A DNA stretch of 63,968 nt, filler included, from Octopus bimaculoides (Eukaryota): assembly GCF_001194135.2 (NCBI RefSeq). It is 4 parts of 4 records of this genome, joined end to end, with 100 filler letters (N's around TTAATTAATTAA, not from the genome) between each part and the next. Parts side by side here need not be neighbours in the genome. Positions count along the whole stretch, not along the records: positions 1 to 25,971 come from NC_068981.1; 3 more parts are not named here. One strand, given 5' to 3'. A program made the translations under genes and the position numbers. The notes below the pieces were generated by a model, which was given only the letters and a program-made list of their open reading frames with translations, was not told the origin of the DNA and searched no databases. Positions 1 through 13,111 of the stretch are shown here, in pieces. How positions within the stretch are numbered: the first letter of the stretch is position 1; every line of letters begins with the position of its first letter.

Positions 1-792
1 ATATATATATATATATATAGGTTTAGTCATAGCATATGAGGATTTTATTACATGCTAAACTTCTTAAATGTTTTCCATATTTTCGCTGTACCTTTGATGG
101 CTTGTAACAGTAATCTATTGATTAACCCGGTTCTTTTTGGTTTGGGTTCTCCAATAGTTATATACGTGTGTGTATATATATTAAACCGCACCCGGTGGTA
201 AGGCTCCAGTTCAGGAGTTATTGAGTTATGGGGAACGTGGACTCACCCCTTAAGTACCATTACTTCCAGGTCCGGTCTGACTCAGCATGGTAGTACATTT
301 CAGGGTCCCGTCAATTGGTTAATTATATTTCCCATGGGTAGAGGAGGCTCCCGGTATTTTTGACAAAGCTGTAGGGAAGGCAGCTCTTCTAGGAGAAAGA
401 TACTCTGACATGAAACTCACAGTCTAAACAGTACCAGTCATTTTACAATGCTTGTGACTGGAACCTACTATGGCAATCAAGAGAATGTGTTGTACAAGAT
501 TTTGTCACTGAAATTAAATGATATGCAGATGTCTTACTAATTTGAATGTGAGACAGCTATCATCAAATAAAAGGAAGAAATCATCATATATATGTATATG
601 CCTGTATATGCAGGCATCATTATTATTTAAATTTTAGTCAATATCCCATCCAGTACCTTGGATTTCTTGCTAGTAGAGGGAGTCTACGTTCATTCTTAAG
701 TTGTTTGAGAAACTAACTGAGCGGAGGTTTTCATTTGGATGACAGCATCTGCATTTAGAGGGGCTGGAACTTATGATAACTGTAACACTAAC

Positions 793-1035
793 CGTAAACC
801 AGTCGACAGCCGCAGCAGTAAAAGTCTTCAATAGACGTTTGCAATAAATATCAGCAACATGAATGCTTGAATAATTATCAGTAAAATTAATGAGAAGTCT
901 GCAAACAAAAGTGTTATAGAAATCAAGTAGAGAGGTATGTGATCTCAACGCATTAATATCTCTTACGATTAGTCTCAACAAATCATTTATTAACAATGGT
1001 CAAGACAGTAAATGGCTACTGCCCAAAATGGCGTT
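793..1035 (-). other. Candidate 5' exons of an unidentified minus-strand transcript (exon ~1035-967, 68-nt intron 966-899, exon 898-793)
   Basis: On the minus strand: aatc|GTAAGA ... ttttgtttgCAG| and |GTTAGT; CGCCATTTT (YY1-like) motif at the putative start. Product not identified. Confidence 0.25.
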
Positions 1036-1039
1036 TTTT

Positions 1040-1270
1040 ATTGTACTTTTTTCAGTCAGTAGACCGGGGCTGTGCTGAGGCACTGTCCTGAAGAATTTTT
1101 AGTCGAATGAATCGACTCCACTACTTATTTTAAACCCTGCTACTTGTGTCCGTCTCTTTTGCTGAACTGCTAAGTTATGGGGTCCTGAACACACCAAAAC
1201 CGGTTGTCAAGCGGTGGTGGAAGACAAACACATGCGCAGTCACACATACACATTGATATATCTATCTATC

Positions 1271-1350
<80 letters not shown>

Positions 1351-1512
1351 CGACGCGTTTCTTTCAGTTTCTGTCTACCAAATCCACTCACAAGGCATTA
1401 TTCGGTCTGAGGCTATAGTAGAAGGCACTTGCGCAAGGTGTCACACCGTGGGACTGAACCCAGAACCATGTGGTTGGGAAGCAAGTTTCTTACCACACTG
1501 CCACGCTTGCAC
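1040..1512 (-). mobile_element. SINE family A copy (tRNA-like head, internal microsatellite)
   Basis: Shared core ggatttggtagacggaaactgaaagaagcccgtcg and tail ccagcatggcc...gactgaaacaagtaaaag. Other copies at about 13220-13435, 15095-15510, 24275-24640, 25575-25745, 26985-27120, 31085-31435, 51010-51380, 55030-55200 and 57390-57540. Confidence 0.8.
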
Positions 1513-1664
1513 CTATGTAAATTGAATTGAGTCGATGAGAATTGTCTGAATAATTCTGCATTCTATTCATAAGTATTATCGTGTATATGGAGAATCTGAT
1601 GAAACTTGAAATAGCAAAACAGTTATCTTGTAAGCAGTATCTAATAATGTGTGATAACACCAGC

Positions 1665-1719
1665 AAGAAGAAGAAGAAGAAGAAGAAGAAGAAGAAGAAG
1701 AAGAAGAAGAAGAAGAAGA
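1665..1719. repeat. (AAG)n microsatellite; representative of dozens of (CA)n, (TA)n, (GA)n, (TATG)n and (AGAT)n tracts across the window
   Basis: Direct reading of the sequence. Confidence 0.95.
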
Positions 1720-2351
1720 ATGGAACTACCTTCTGACAAAAAATCACCAACTTTTCAATGAACAAAATTATTAAGTTAGCTATTCTTGTCTAGACAAAAC
1801 TGCTTCCAGCTAAAGCACATTTTCGCATATTGCGGGCATCTCATCGATTAAATACATGACTCTGTGCCAACGAAATTGCATGTAATGGTCATGTGATTTA
1901 TGAACTGGCTGCTTACTATGATAGACACATGCGTGTATGTATGTATCTGTGTGTGTATATGTGTGTGTGTGTATGTGTGTGTGTATGTGTATGCATGCAA
2001 GTATATATGAATGTGTATACTGAATTATAGTGACGTTAGCATTCAGCTAGCATTGTGGCTACAACATTGAAAAACATTCCAACAAAAGATCTATTTGTAT
2101 AACACGAAACAAACTCACCTCTGATATTCAAATTTCAAGAATCTAATAGAATATTAAAAAATGAAGATTATGAACTCTTATAAATAGCGTTTCACAAAAG
2201 AAAATATCAAATATATTTCTATTATTTTCAGAAATATGTGAATCATATTGTATGGTTTAGATATATTATGCTTATAAATGTACATGTAGCTGTCTCAATA
2301 TGTGTGTATATATTCACACACGCACGCACACATACATACATACATACATAC

Positions 2352-2384
<33 letters not shown>

Positions 2385-2396
2385 TATATATAACTG

Positions 2397-2433
<37 letters not shown>

Positions 2434-3051
2434 NNNNNNNNNNNNNNNNNNNNNNNNNNNNNNNNNNNNNNNNNNNNNNNNNNNNNNNNNNNNNNNNNNN
2501 NNNNNNNNNNNNNNNNNNNNNNNNNNNNNNNNNNNNNNNNNNNNNNNNNNNNNNNNNNNNNNNNNNNNNNNNNNNNNNNNNNNNNNNNNNNNNNNNNNNN
2601 NNNNNNNNNNNNNNNNNNNNNNNNNNNNNNNNNNNNNNNNNNNNNNNNNNNNNNNNNNNNNNNNNNNNNNNNNNNNNNNNNNNNNNNNNNNNNNNNNNNN
2701 NNNNNNNNNNNNNNNNNNNNNNNNNNNNNNNNNNNNNNNNNNNNNNNNNNNNNNNNNNNNNNNNNNNNNNNNNNNNNNNNNNNNNNNNNNNNNNNNNNNN
2801 NNNNNNNNNNNNNNNNNNNNNNNNNNNNNNNNNNNNNNNNNNNNNNNNNNNNNNNNNNNNNNNNNNNNNNNNNNNNNNNNNNNNNNNNNNNNNNNNNNNN
2901 NNNNNNNNNNNNNNNNNNNNNNNNNNNNNNNNNNNNNNNNNNNNNNNNNNNNNNNNNNNNNNNNNNNNNNNNNNNNNNNNNNNNNNNNNNNNNNNNNNNN
3001 NNNNNNNNNNNNNNNNNNNNNNNNNNATGTATAGATGTACTTATGTATGTA

Positions 3052-3086
<35 letters not shown>

Positions 3087-3192
3087 GTATACACATGCGT
3101 ACACACACACGCATACATACATGCATGCATACATACATACATACATACGTACATACGTACATACATACGTACATACATACATATACACATAC

Positions 3193-3432
3193 ATATTATT
3201 CAGTTTTATTTCATGACTTCTTGCCAATAGAGGAAGAGCCGGTTTTTCACCTAGATCCAAGGCTCCTTCATTGGAATTTCAACAACATCAACAGAGTATA
3301 TTCGTGCTTGTATGTGTGTATATGTGCAGTACTGGGAGTTAGTGTATGTGCATATTTGTATGTTTTGCTTTATGTATGTATTCTCATGCATGTAGTTGTA
3401 TGTCTAGACATGCGCATATATACTTAAATGTT
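3193..3432 (-). mobile_element. 3' UTR fragment of the same R4/Dong-like family
   Basis: Reverse complement matches 20930-21150 (catttaagtatatatg.gcatgtctaga; tccaaggctcc.tcattggaatt). Confidence 0.7.
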
Positions 3433-3434
3433 AA

Positions 3435-4200
3435 ACAGGTAGGAAGAGCTTCTGGCAAAGACAGCTAGGACTTAGCAACAGCAGCATCAAGGGGTAATTA
3501 AACACCATTGCCAGAGACATGAGAAAGCTCCTAATGCAGAAGATCCAACATTCAGCAGAGGAAGATCGCCACGTAAAAGCGATTGAGCTTGTCTGCGAGC
3601 AACATTGGATACGATTGAATCAGGCACTTAAGCGGCCACTGTCTCACCAGGGAAATCGTTCTTTCTCCTGAATTCCTTTGTGAACCTCTTCCCAACCCCA
3701 AAGTAGAAGACCCATCCTGAAAGCAGTGTGGAGCAATTCTTTACACTCTGAGCCACAATTTGATGCCCTAGAGTACTGAGAGGAACCTAATACAAATGAT
3801 GGCACGACAAGGTCGTTTCATAAAATACCAAGTAAGCGGACCTTACACTGAGTTAAGGCCAACAAGCAGCAGTCATCACCACCTAAAGGTATTAGATTCC
3901 TCAAGGAAGGTAATAAGGCTCCTAACAGATTGTTTCTTTTTTTTGCACCAGACCTCAGTTTGGAAAATGTATATGGATCTGAAGAATGGACTCGTCTTTC
4001 AGGAAGAGGTGGTAGTAATATCACACCGAGCAGATATGTTCATGTTATCTATGAGCACAAAGTCAATAATCGTGGTTGAACTCACATCGCCTGATAAACA
4101 GATTTTAAATTTCTCACCAACTGAAGAAGTTTGTCGATGAGGTTTTTGCTAAGGATGGCACGCAGCCTTATTCCTCGCACTTTTCCAACAAGATGGCGCG
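3435..4200 (+). mobile_element. Decayed RLE-type non-LTR retrotransposon 3' part (HERO-like, R2 superfamily)
   Basis: EEDRHVKA, a broken CCHC knuckle (EDPS*KQCG...TLSH...WHDKV) and a PD..D-E endonuclease remnant (WKMYMDLKNGLVFQEEVVVISHRADMFMLSMSTKSIIVVELTSP). Confidence 0.75.
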
Positions 4201-5926
4201 TTATTTTCTGCAGAAATATTAATTTGGAAACCTAAGAATTGAAAAATACCAAGAGATACTCGTAACAGCTGAAACCAGTGGAATGCGGTTATAGTTAACA
4301 AGATATTATAGTTAACAAGATGGTTATAGTTAACGAGATCGTAGATGGAGCCTTTCTGCGGGCGAGTGCTAATTCAGTTCTCGCTGCTCCAATCAGGTAA
4401 ACTGTAGAGCTAAGAAGCGAGGTGTTTGTGACTGAGATACTGGAGGGTTTACTCCATTAGCACAACTTTCGTCACCATCAGGAGAAAAGCTTGCAATATC
4501 TTTATTTAGTTATTGGAGTTTCTGCATATGGCGAAGCATCTCACANNNNNNNNNNNNNNNNNNNNNNNNNNNNNNNNNNNNNNNNNNNNNNNNNNNNNNN
4601 NNNNNNNNNNNNNNNNNNNNNNNNNNNNNNNNNNNNNNNNNNNNNNNNNNNNNNNNNNNNNNNNNNNNNNNNNNNNNNNNNNNNNNNNNNNNNNNNNNNN
4701 NNNNNNNNNNNNNNNNNNNNNNNNNNNNNNNNNNNNNNNNNNNNNNNNNNNNNNNNNNNNNNNNNNNNNNNNNNNNNNNNNNNNNNNNNNNNNNNNNNNN
4801 NNNNNNNNNNNNNNNNNNNNNNNNNNNNNNNNNNNNNNNNNNNNNNNNNNNNNNNNNNNNNNNNNNNNNNNNNNNNNNNNNNNNNNNNNNNNNNNNNNNN
4901 NNNNNNNNNNNNNNNNNNNNNNNNNNNNNNNNNNNNNNNNNNNNNNNNNNNNNNNNNNNNNNNNNNNNNNNNNNNNNNNNNNNNNNNNNNNNNNNNNNNN
5001 NNNNNNNNNNNNNNNNNNNNNNNNNNNNNNNNNNNNNNNNNNNNNNNNNNNNNNNNNNNNNNNNNNNNNNNNNNNNNNNNNNNNNNNNNNNNNNNNNNNN
5101 NNNNNNNNNNNNNNNNNNNNNNNNNNNNNNNNNNNNNNNNNNNNNNNNNNNNNNNNNNNNNNNNNNNNNNNNNNNNNNNNNNNNNNNNNNNNNNNNNNNN
5201 NNNNNNNNNNNNNNNNNNNNNNNNNNNNNNNNNNNNNNNNNNNNNNNNNNNNNNNNNNNNNNNNNNNNNNNNNNNNNNNNNNNNNNNNNNNNNNNNNNNN
5301 NNNTATGTGACACACGAAACCTGTGTCCTTTATAACCTTCGAACAGGGGAGGTCAGCAGTGTCCCCCTGCTGGTTTGGCATCTGCAGACTAGTTTCAGGG
5401 TGTTGCCCCTTGTCAATGCAGAGCAGCCAAGCCCTAGCCAGGCGGCGCTGCTGACTATCTGTTCGAAGGTTATTTATCTAATTTCAGTGGAATCTATCCA
5501 CTGGTTTTCAGAAATAGAGTTATTAATATTTCTAAGTCTCTCTAAAGGAGACTACGGCAGCGGTACTGGAAATTAATAGTTATCGCTAATTCACGGCAGC
5601 TTTCGCCCTAATTTTGGGACTGCCATGTTGGCTTGGCGATAACTATTAGATGAATAAATGAATAAGATTTTTTTAAAGGGTTAATTGTAGATTGATTTCT
5701 GGCTTACGGATGTAAAACTCCTTGCTGTCATCAGTACAATATGCCCATAGCATATAAATGCAAATATTTATACATACGCATATGAACAACATATATCTGC
5801 ACGAACGTATACATACATATACATGTATACAATAGTAAAATCTAAATATATTCAGCTCAACCACGTGCTTTTACGATCAAAATAATATCGCATTGAATTT
5901 CATCAGTATTAAAAATATATAATTTA

Positions 5927-6399
5927 TACAAAATTAAGGATAAAAACATTTTAATGGTTTTATCAAGTGGCCATCGTGTTATAAAAACCTTACAGGTAAC
6001 AATTTATATTAATATATAATTATATAATATAATTATATTAAAGGGTACGGATAAACTCCACCAACAAGCTAGAAATGGATGCCAAATGGCTCTAAAACCA
6101 CATCTACACTCTGTTAGCAAAGGTTGTAAGCGAGCAGAAATCAAATGAAAATTAATCCTTTTTTAATTAATCTTATTCATTTATTCATCTGTTCGCTGAC
6201 AACCTGTGCTAATGGAGTGTCGATGTGGTTTTTAGAGCTATTTGGCGTCTATTTCTAGCGTGTTGGTGGGGTTAACCCGCTCCTTTTAATATAATTATAT
6301 TATATAATTATATATTAGTATAAATTGTTACCTGTATGGTTTTATCACTCGCTCGCCACTTAATAAAATCATAAAAATATTTCTATCCTTAATTTTGTG
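5927..6399. mobile_element. Foldback / palindromic MITE (~473 bp imperfect inverted repeat)
   Basis: Arms pair over nearly the whole length, e.g. acaggtaacaatttatattaatatataattatataatataattatatta vs taatataattatattatataattatatattagtataaattgttacctgt; outer ends acaaaattaagga and tccttaattttgt. Confidence 0.8.
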
Positions 6400-6401
6400 T
6401 G

Positions 6402-6434
<33 letters not shown>

Positions 6435-6447
6435 ACATACATATAAA

Positions 6448-6487
<40 letters not shown>

Positions 6488-8347
6488 NNNNNNNNNNNNN
6501 NNNNNNNNNNNNNNNNNNNNNNNNNNNNNNNNNNNNNNNNNNNNNNNNNNNNNNNNNNNNNNNNNNNNNNNNNNNNNNNNNNNNNNNNNNNNNNNNNNNN
6601 NNNNNNNNNNNNNNNNNNNNNNNNNNNNNNNNNNNNNNNNNNNNNNNNNNNNNNNNNNNNNNNNNNNNNNNNNNNNNNNNNNNNNNNNNNNNNNNNNNNN
6701 NNNNNNNNNNNNNNNNNNNNNNNNNNNNNNNNNNNNNNNNNNNNNNNNNNNNNNNNNNNNNNNNNNNNNNNNNNNNNNNNNNNNNNNNNNNNNNNNNNNN
6801 NNNNNNNNNNNNNNNNNNNNNNNNNNNNNNNNNNNNNNNNNNNNNNNNNNNNNNNNNNNNNNNNNNNNNNNNNNNNNNNNNNNNNNNNNNNNNNNNNNNN
6901 NNNNNNNNNNNNNNNNGTCTAAGAGTGATGTGAATGTTTTCGCGCATCTGTTTGTATGCATGTGTATGTGTGTATATATGTTTATGTGTGGATATGTATG
7001 CATGTATGTGTAGTTGTGGTTTGTGTGTATATTTCTTTATCTGTATGAAAGTTTAGAGTGTTGTGCTTTTAGTTTGTTTCGATGTCTGCTTTTGTTATGT
7101 ATGTATGTATGTATGTATGTATGTATGTATGTATGTATGTATGTATTTGTGTGCTTGTATGTATGTATATATTTGTATATGCATATATGTGTGTGTGCAT
7201 TTATGTATGTATATATGTATGTATGTATTTGTGTACGTATGTACATATGTATGTATATAAGTAGGTACGTATGCATGTATGTATACATGTATGTATGCAT
7301 GAATGTATGCATGTGTGCATGTATGTACGTAAAGTGTGCTTGTGTGTAAAATTACTTGTATGCGTGTTTGTGTGTGTGTGTGTGTGTATAAATGTTTGTG
7401 TGAGTGGATGTGTTGATATGTGTGTAACGTAATTGTGAAAGAGGTACACATATAGATATATTATAGTCTTGTGTCTCTATGCAAATGTGTGTATGTATGT
7501 TAATGATGGCAAGAATGTATATTTAGAAATATACTTTTAAAATGTACGTATGTGTGTGTATGTGTATGTGTATGTGTGAGTGAGTGTGTGTTTGTGTGTN
7601 NNNNNNNNNATGTATGTATGTGTGTGTGTATGTATGTATGACTGTATGTATGTATGTATGCATGCATACACACACATGTGAACATACTGAAATCTGGTAG
7701 CTTTGCAGTTAGATTCTTTTAGTTTCTTGGCAAAAAACCAAAAAAACTAATATGTTGTTGTTGTTGCTGTTGTTGTTGTTAAAAACAAATAGATAAAGGT
7801 GCAAAGTAACATCCTGTCGTTCAGACTCTTTTACAACGAGAATCTAGTAGCTAAAGCACCAGTTCTAAGTCTGAACAGGTGGGAAGACAGGAGAAGGAGG
7901 GGAGAGGGGTTAATTATAGCTTTTAATGGGAGTCTAAGAGTGATGTGAATGTTTTCGCGCATCTGTTTGTATGCATGTGTATGTGTGTATATATGTTTAT
8001 GTNNNNNNNNNNNNNNNNNNNNNNNNNNNNNNNNNNNNNNNNNNNNNNNNNNNNNNNNNNNNNNNNNNNNNNNNNNNNNNNNNNNNNNNNNNNNNNNNNN
8101 NNNNNNNNNNNNNNNNNNNNNNNNNNNNNNNNNNNNNNNNNNNNNNNNNNNNNNNNNNNNNCATACGTCATGTTCGTCCACCGTATATATATATATACAT
8201 ACGCCAAGTTCGTGTGCTTGTATGTATGTATATATTTGTATATGCATATATGTGTGTGTGCATTTTCAATGAAAATGATATGTGTATATATGTGTGATTG
8301 AGAGAGAAAATAATTTCATTCCTACGCTCACACATATATGATTATAG

Positions 8348-8450
<103 letters not shown>

Positions 8451-8941
8451 TATATACATACGTCATGTTCGTCCACCGTATATATATATATACATACGCC
8501 AAGTTCGTCCAAGAGGACCATCTAGTCATCCTTGACTGATGGCTTGCGCGGTGGTCTTGGTTAAAGTAAAGAATTAGCTCACACTCTCGACCAGAGGCAA
8601 GACCAGGTCAACATGACTGTGAACTGGACAGATGCAGTGGATGACCAAAATGTCTTGCTTTTCTCATCTTCTTCTCTGCAGTCCACATTGCTTTGATGCA
8701 ACTGAGTCCACCTGATCCAGTCTTCACATGCCTAAATAGGCAAATGCTAACATATTCGATGGCTACTCTCACCTACCGCTAGTTGAAGAGGTTTACCGGG
8801 GTATGACCGCCGATGCCTGCACACAGCTATTTGGAGCCAGAGGTGAGGGTTGGGTATCAGGTGGAGACCAAAACAAACGAACCACTCCTACGAGTGCGAC
8901 TTCATCATAGGTGCTACCCCTCCTTGACATCCCATACACCC

Positions 8942-8972
<31 letters not shown>

Positions 8973-9204
8973 TGTATGTATGTATGCATGTATGTGTGTA
9001 AGACTAATTCTATGATAGTCAAACATAAAATCAGTTGAGAAAAGAAGTTTTGGTAGGAAAAACAAAACTTAACAGTTAAAGAAATTGCAAGTAAGTCATC
9101 TCAAGGAATTTCTGAAGGCTATGAAGATCACCCGCGTATTAAAGATTGAAATGTAATCTGCAAAGAAATTGGAATTCCTATGTGCCAGATTGTGCGCACC
9201 AAAG

Positions 9205-9520
9205 CTAACGGAACCTGGAATATGCTAACACTGCACCAGAGTGGAAACATGGTGCAAATGCGGAGAAAGTTTGATAGCTACTAGATGGACATCCCTAAGC
9301 CTCGGTGATATGAGTATGAAGTAGAAAATATGCAAATTCTATATGGGCTATGAAGAAGAGTTCACATAAAGAGTCAGTATGGCAAATAAAGTTTCAGGAT
9401 TCTCATGGAGTACATCTGAGAAAGACACCTTCTGTAAGATTGCAAGACTCTGCCAGTGAAATTCCTAGTCGTGTTATTAAGTTACTTGTTGGTGACTTCT
9501 AATTAATGCGTAGATCAGCA
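9205..9520 (+). mobile_element. Decayed LINE apurinic endonuclease domain (RTE-like)
   Basis: GTWNMLTLHQSG...MDI...LVGDF motifs with stops and frameshifts. Confidence 0.65.
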
Positions 9521-10022
9521 AAAAGCAGCATGAAGTTGTTCATGTCATCGCTCCACATTAATGTAGCATGATGACAGGATGTTGCGTTGTGTCAAGGGTG
9601 GGAGTGGCGAGAGGGTACTCCTGTCTGTCTATTCGGGACTACATGGGTGTCTAAAACAATGCGTGAAAGCATCTTACATGCTATTAAGTCAAACTCGCTT
9701 TTGAATGACGGTTTTAGATTTTTATGTTTGTGCATGTGCGTGTGTGTGCGTGTGTGCGCGCGCGTACGTGTGTGTGCGCGCGTACGTGTGTGTATGTATG
9801 TATATATGTGTGTGTCTGCATGTATGAGTATATATATATACACACACATACATACAGCTTAGAAGATTGAGTAAATACACTTTACAAGACGGAAAGATAC
9901 ACACAAACACCCACACATACACACGCATACAGACATACATACATACATACATACATACATACATACATACACACATGTATGCGCGCGCGCGTACGTCATT
10001 AAAGCGACTAAGGACGCTAGAC

Positions 10023-10102
10023 AGCACCAGTATTGCTAGAAATAAGAGTAAAAACAACTCACAGCTACGAGTTGTTTTGACTCATTTCTAGCAATACTAG
10101 TG

Positions 10103-10104
<2 letters not shown>
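10023..10104. repeat. 82-nt hairpin (about 37-bp stem, 8-nt loop)
   Basis: agcaccagtattgctagaaataagagtaaaaacaactc-acagctac-gagttgttttgactcatttctagcaatactagtgct. Confidence 0.9.
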
Positions 10105-10140
<36 letters not shown>

Positions 10141-10247
10141 NNNNNNNNNNNNNNNNNNNNNNNNNNNNNNNNNNNNNNNNNNNNNNNNNNNNNNNNNNNN
10201 NNNNNNNNNNNNNNNNNNNNNNNNNNNNNNNNNNNNNNNNNNNNNNT

Positions 10248-10535
10248 GCAGCATAATTTCTTTTCCTCAACAGGCCCTGCCCTGTTTAACATTGTCCCGA
10301 AACAGATAAAGGAGGAAAAGGATCCTATCAGCTTTAAACGGAGTCTAGACAGTTTTATTCAAAGAATACCAGACAAGCCACCCATTCCTGGATACAACTC
10401 ACTCAATAAGAACTCACTACTTGAATGGACCATAGACAAATCTTGACTGTAAAAAGGATTTAGATAATCCTATCAGGTGGTACTATTAAGTTAGTCATGG
10501 CCTGGACCAATCTTTGGTCGAAACATATCTAAGTT
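10248..10535 (+). mobile_element. CR1-like LINE 3' end
   Basis: HNFFSSTGPALFNIVPKQIKEEKDPISFKRSLDSFIQRIPDKPPIPGYNSLNKNSLLEW*, followed by a 3' UTR with ggtcgaaac. Confidence 0.75.
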
Positions 10536-10799
10536 ATATATATATATATATAATGTTTGTATGTATGATGTCTTTTGGTAGGTATCGGTATGTTTTTGAT
10601 TGGGAAATGTATTGGATGTTGCTGCATTTTCTAATCTTGGAAATACAACCAAGTTCTATTTTGTCCAGTTAGTGTTTGATGTAAATAGATATTGAATATA
10701 AGTTCTCTTCATGGGTAAAGGAATGAAGGGGTACTTATCCTTTAATGAGTGGTCAATGAGCCGTGAGACCGTGTGTTGCGCATGCACACACACACATAC

Positions 10800-10849
<50 letters not shown>

Positions 10850-12559
10850 TACATGCGAGCTTGCATTTACCATCATTGTTACAGAAATACAATAACACCG
10901 CCTGCACTGTGTATGCAACATACATGCAGATATACACTATCAAATGTTTACACACTGCTGTTTGCTGCTGATATTCAGTGGCAAACATCTGCAAATATTC
11001 AAACTATAATTTGTTCTTGCATCTTTCCGATTTCGGCCACTTCATGTAACGATAACAATCACTCGTATATTAAGAACGAGAGTATCAATCAGGTAACAAA
11101 TGCCGCGAAACTTCAAGCAGGCTAATGCGTGTGAGTGTGTATGCGTGTGAGTGTGTATGCGTGTGAGTGTGTATGCGTGTCTGTGTTAATGTGCGCTTGT
11201 GTCCGTGTGTATTTATCTATATGTGCGTGTAAAAGTATGTTTGAATAAAGTTATGTTGTAAGACATGCGTCTATAAATAGGCAAATACAGATATTAAACA
11301 GAGAAGCGCACACGTGCAAACGCATCCGTATNNNNNNNNNNNNNNNNNNNNNNNNNNNNNNNNNNNNNNNNNNNNNNNNNNNNNNNNNNNNNNNNNNNNN
11401 NNNNNNNNNNNNNNNNNNNNNNNNNNNNNNNNNNNNNNNNNNNNNNNNNNNNNNNNNNNNNNNNNNNNNNNNNNNNNNNNNNNNNNNNNNNNNNNNNNNN
11501 NNNNNNNNNNNNNNNNNNNNNNNNNNNNNNNNNNNNNNNNNNNNNNNNNNNNNNNNNNNNNNNNNNNNNNNNNNNNNNNNNNNNNNNNNNNNNNNNNNNN
11601 NNNNNNNNNNNNNNNNNNNNNNNNNNNNNNNNNNNNNNNNNNNNNNNNNNNNNNNNNNNNNNNNNNNNNNNNNNNNNNNNNNNNNNNNNNNNNNNNNNNN
11701 NNNNNNNNNNNNNNNNNNNNNNNNNNNNNNNNNNNNNNNNNNNNNNNNNNNNNNNNNNNNNNNNNNNNNNNNNNNNNTATATATATATCCATATACATGT
11801 ACATACATTTATGCAAATGCACACACACACACACACACATACACACATATATTTGTGTATAATATACACATCCTCAATTTTGTATTTATTCATAAATACT
11901 TACACGTATGTATATATGTATGTTTGTATGTATGTATGTATGTATGTATGTATGTATGTATGTATGTATTATGTATGCAGAGTTAAATACATATTCATAC
12001 CCACAGAACGTTTATATATTTGTGTTCATGTAAGGGTGCATGCATGTACGTGTCTATGTACTTGTGCTTGTGTATGTGTGCGCATGCGTATTTGTGTGTG
12101 TGCGGGTGTGTGTGTGTGTGCGCGCGTGTCAGTGTACTAACATTTATTTGTCATTAATAATGTATTGGAAAGGTTAGAGAATAATATAAAGAAAAGGTTA
12201 GATCCTACTTGAGCGTTTTCATGCTTCGTGCATTGATTGGTTTTACGTATGCACACATACGTACACATGCACGCATGCATACACACAAATACACGCATAC
12301 ACACACACACACACATATGCATATACACAAATACGTGTGTGTGTGTGTGTGTGTTGGAGTAGCATTTTTTTCCTGTTCTCAATCGCTGGCAAAACTGGAT
12401 TCCAAGCAGAAACAACAAAGATGGGTTGCAGGCTGTCCGGCATCCACAAATTGCTATAGGTTATTTAGGAAGATGACACCATTGACAAGAACAATGTACA
12501 CACATGGATGAGGTTTCAAGACGGCAAAATCTTTACAGTGAGAGACCATGAGCTATGAT

Positions 12560-12930
12560 CACTGATATGAATTGCCTGTGAATAGACAAATTGATTCATG
12601 CAGGAAGACGACCTTTCTGCACAACTGGAGTGTAATCACAATGCATTACAAATGTTAGAAGACTGGGTAACGAAGAATGTTTCCCAAGTGCTTAGCTCGG
12701 CCATCCACACTTGATTTGACGGTGTGAAGGCTAGAAATCTGCTCTGATCTACTGGAAGCATTTGAAGCCAATGAAAGCGCGTTTAATTTTTTAAACTCCG
12801 ATCTGTTGACATTGGATGAAATGTGAACGTATCTTTATAATGCAAAAACGAAGGCCTCTCCAAGATCTAAGGAGTTCACGAGTCAGCGATTGGTAGAAAA
12901 TTTTATAGTGATTTTTTGGAAAATTGCTTA
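12560..12930 (+). mobile_element. Highly decayed mariner transposase fragment
   Basis: Broken frames give DKLIHAGRR, RLEICSDLLEAFEANESAF, VxxDE(M/T)W-like and IFW-like remnants. Confidence 0.6.
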
Positions 12931-12998
12931 ATTTCCCCTCGATTATGCATCATTCAACTCATTCTAGACGCCAGAGACCAAACCTGCATGGACTCCAT

Positions 12999-13071
<73 letters not shown>

Positions 13072-13072
13072 A

Positions 13073-13111
<39 letters not shown>

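Noticed and set aside
793-1900. Glutamate-receptor N-terminal-domain-like motifs (LLINFTD...C..LL; QFRWHRVMYLIDE at ~1900-1810)
   Set aside because: Resemblance is weak, the two motifs are in the wrong order on the minus strand, and the second frame hits a stop with no good donor.
4290-4342. Three tandem copies of ~17-nt ttatagttaacaagat, and similar short arrays (e.g. 11125-11180)
   Set aside because: Head-to-tail minisatellites without unique spacers in a eukaryotic context; not CRISPR.
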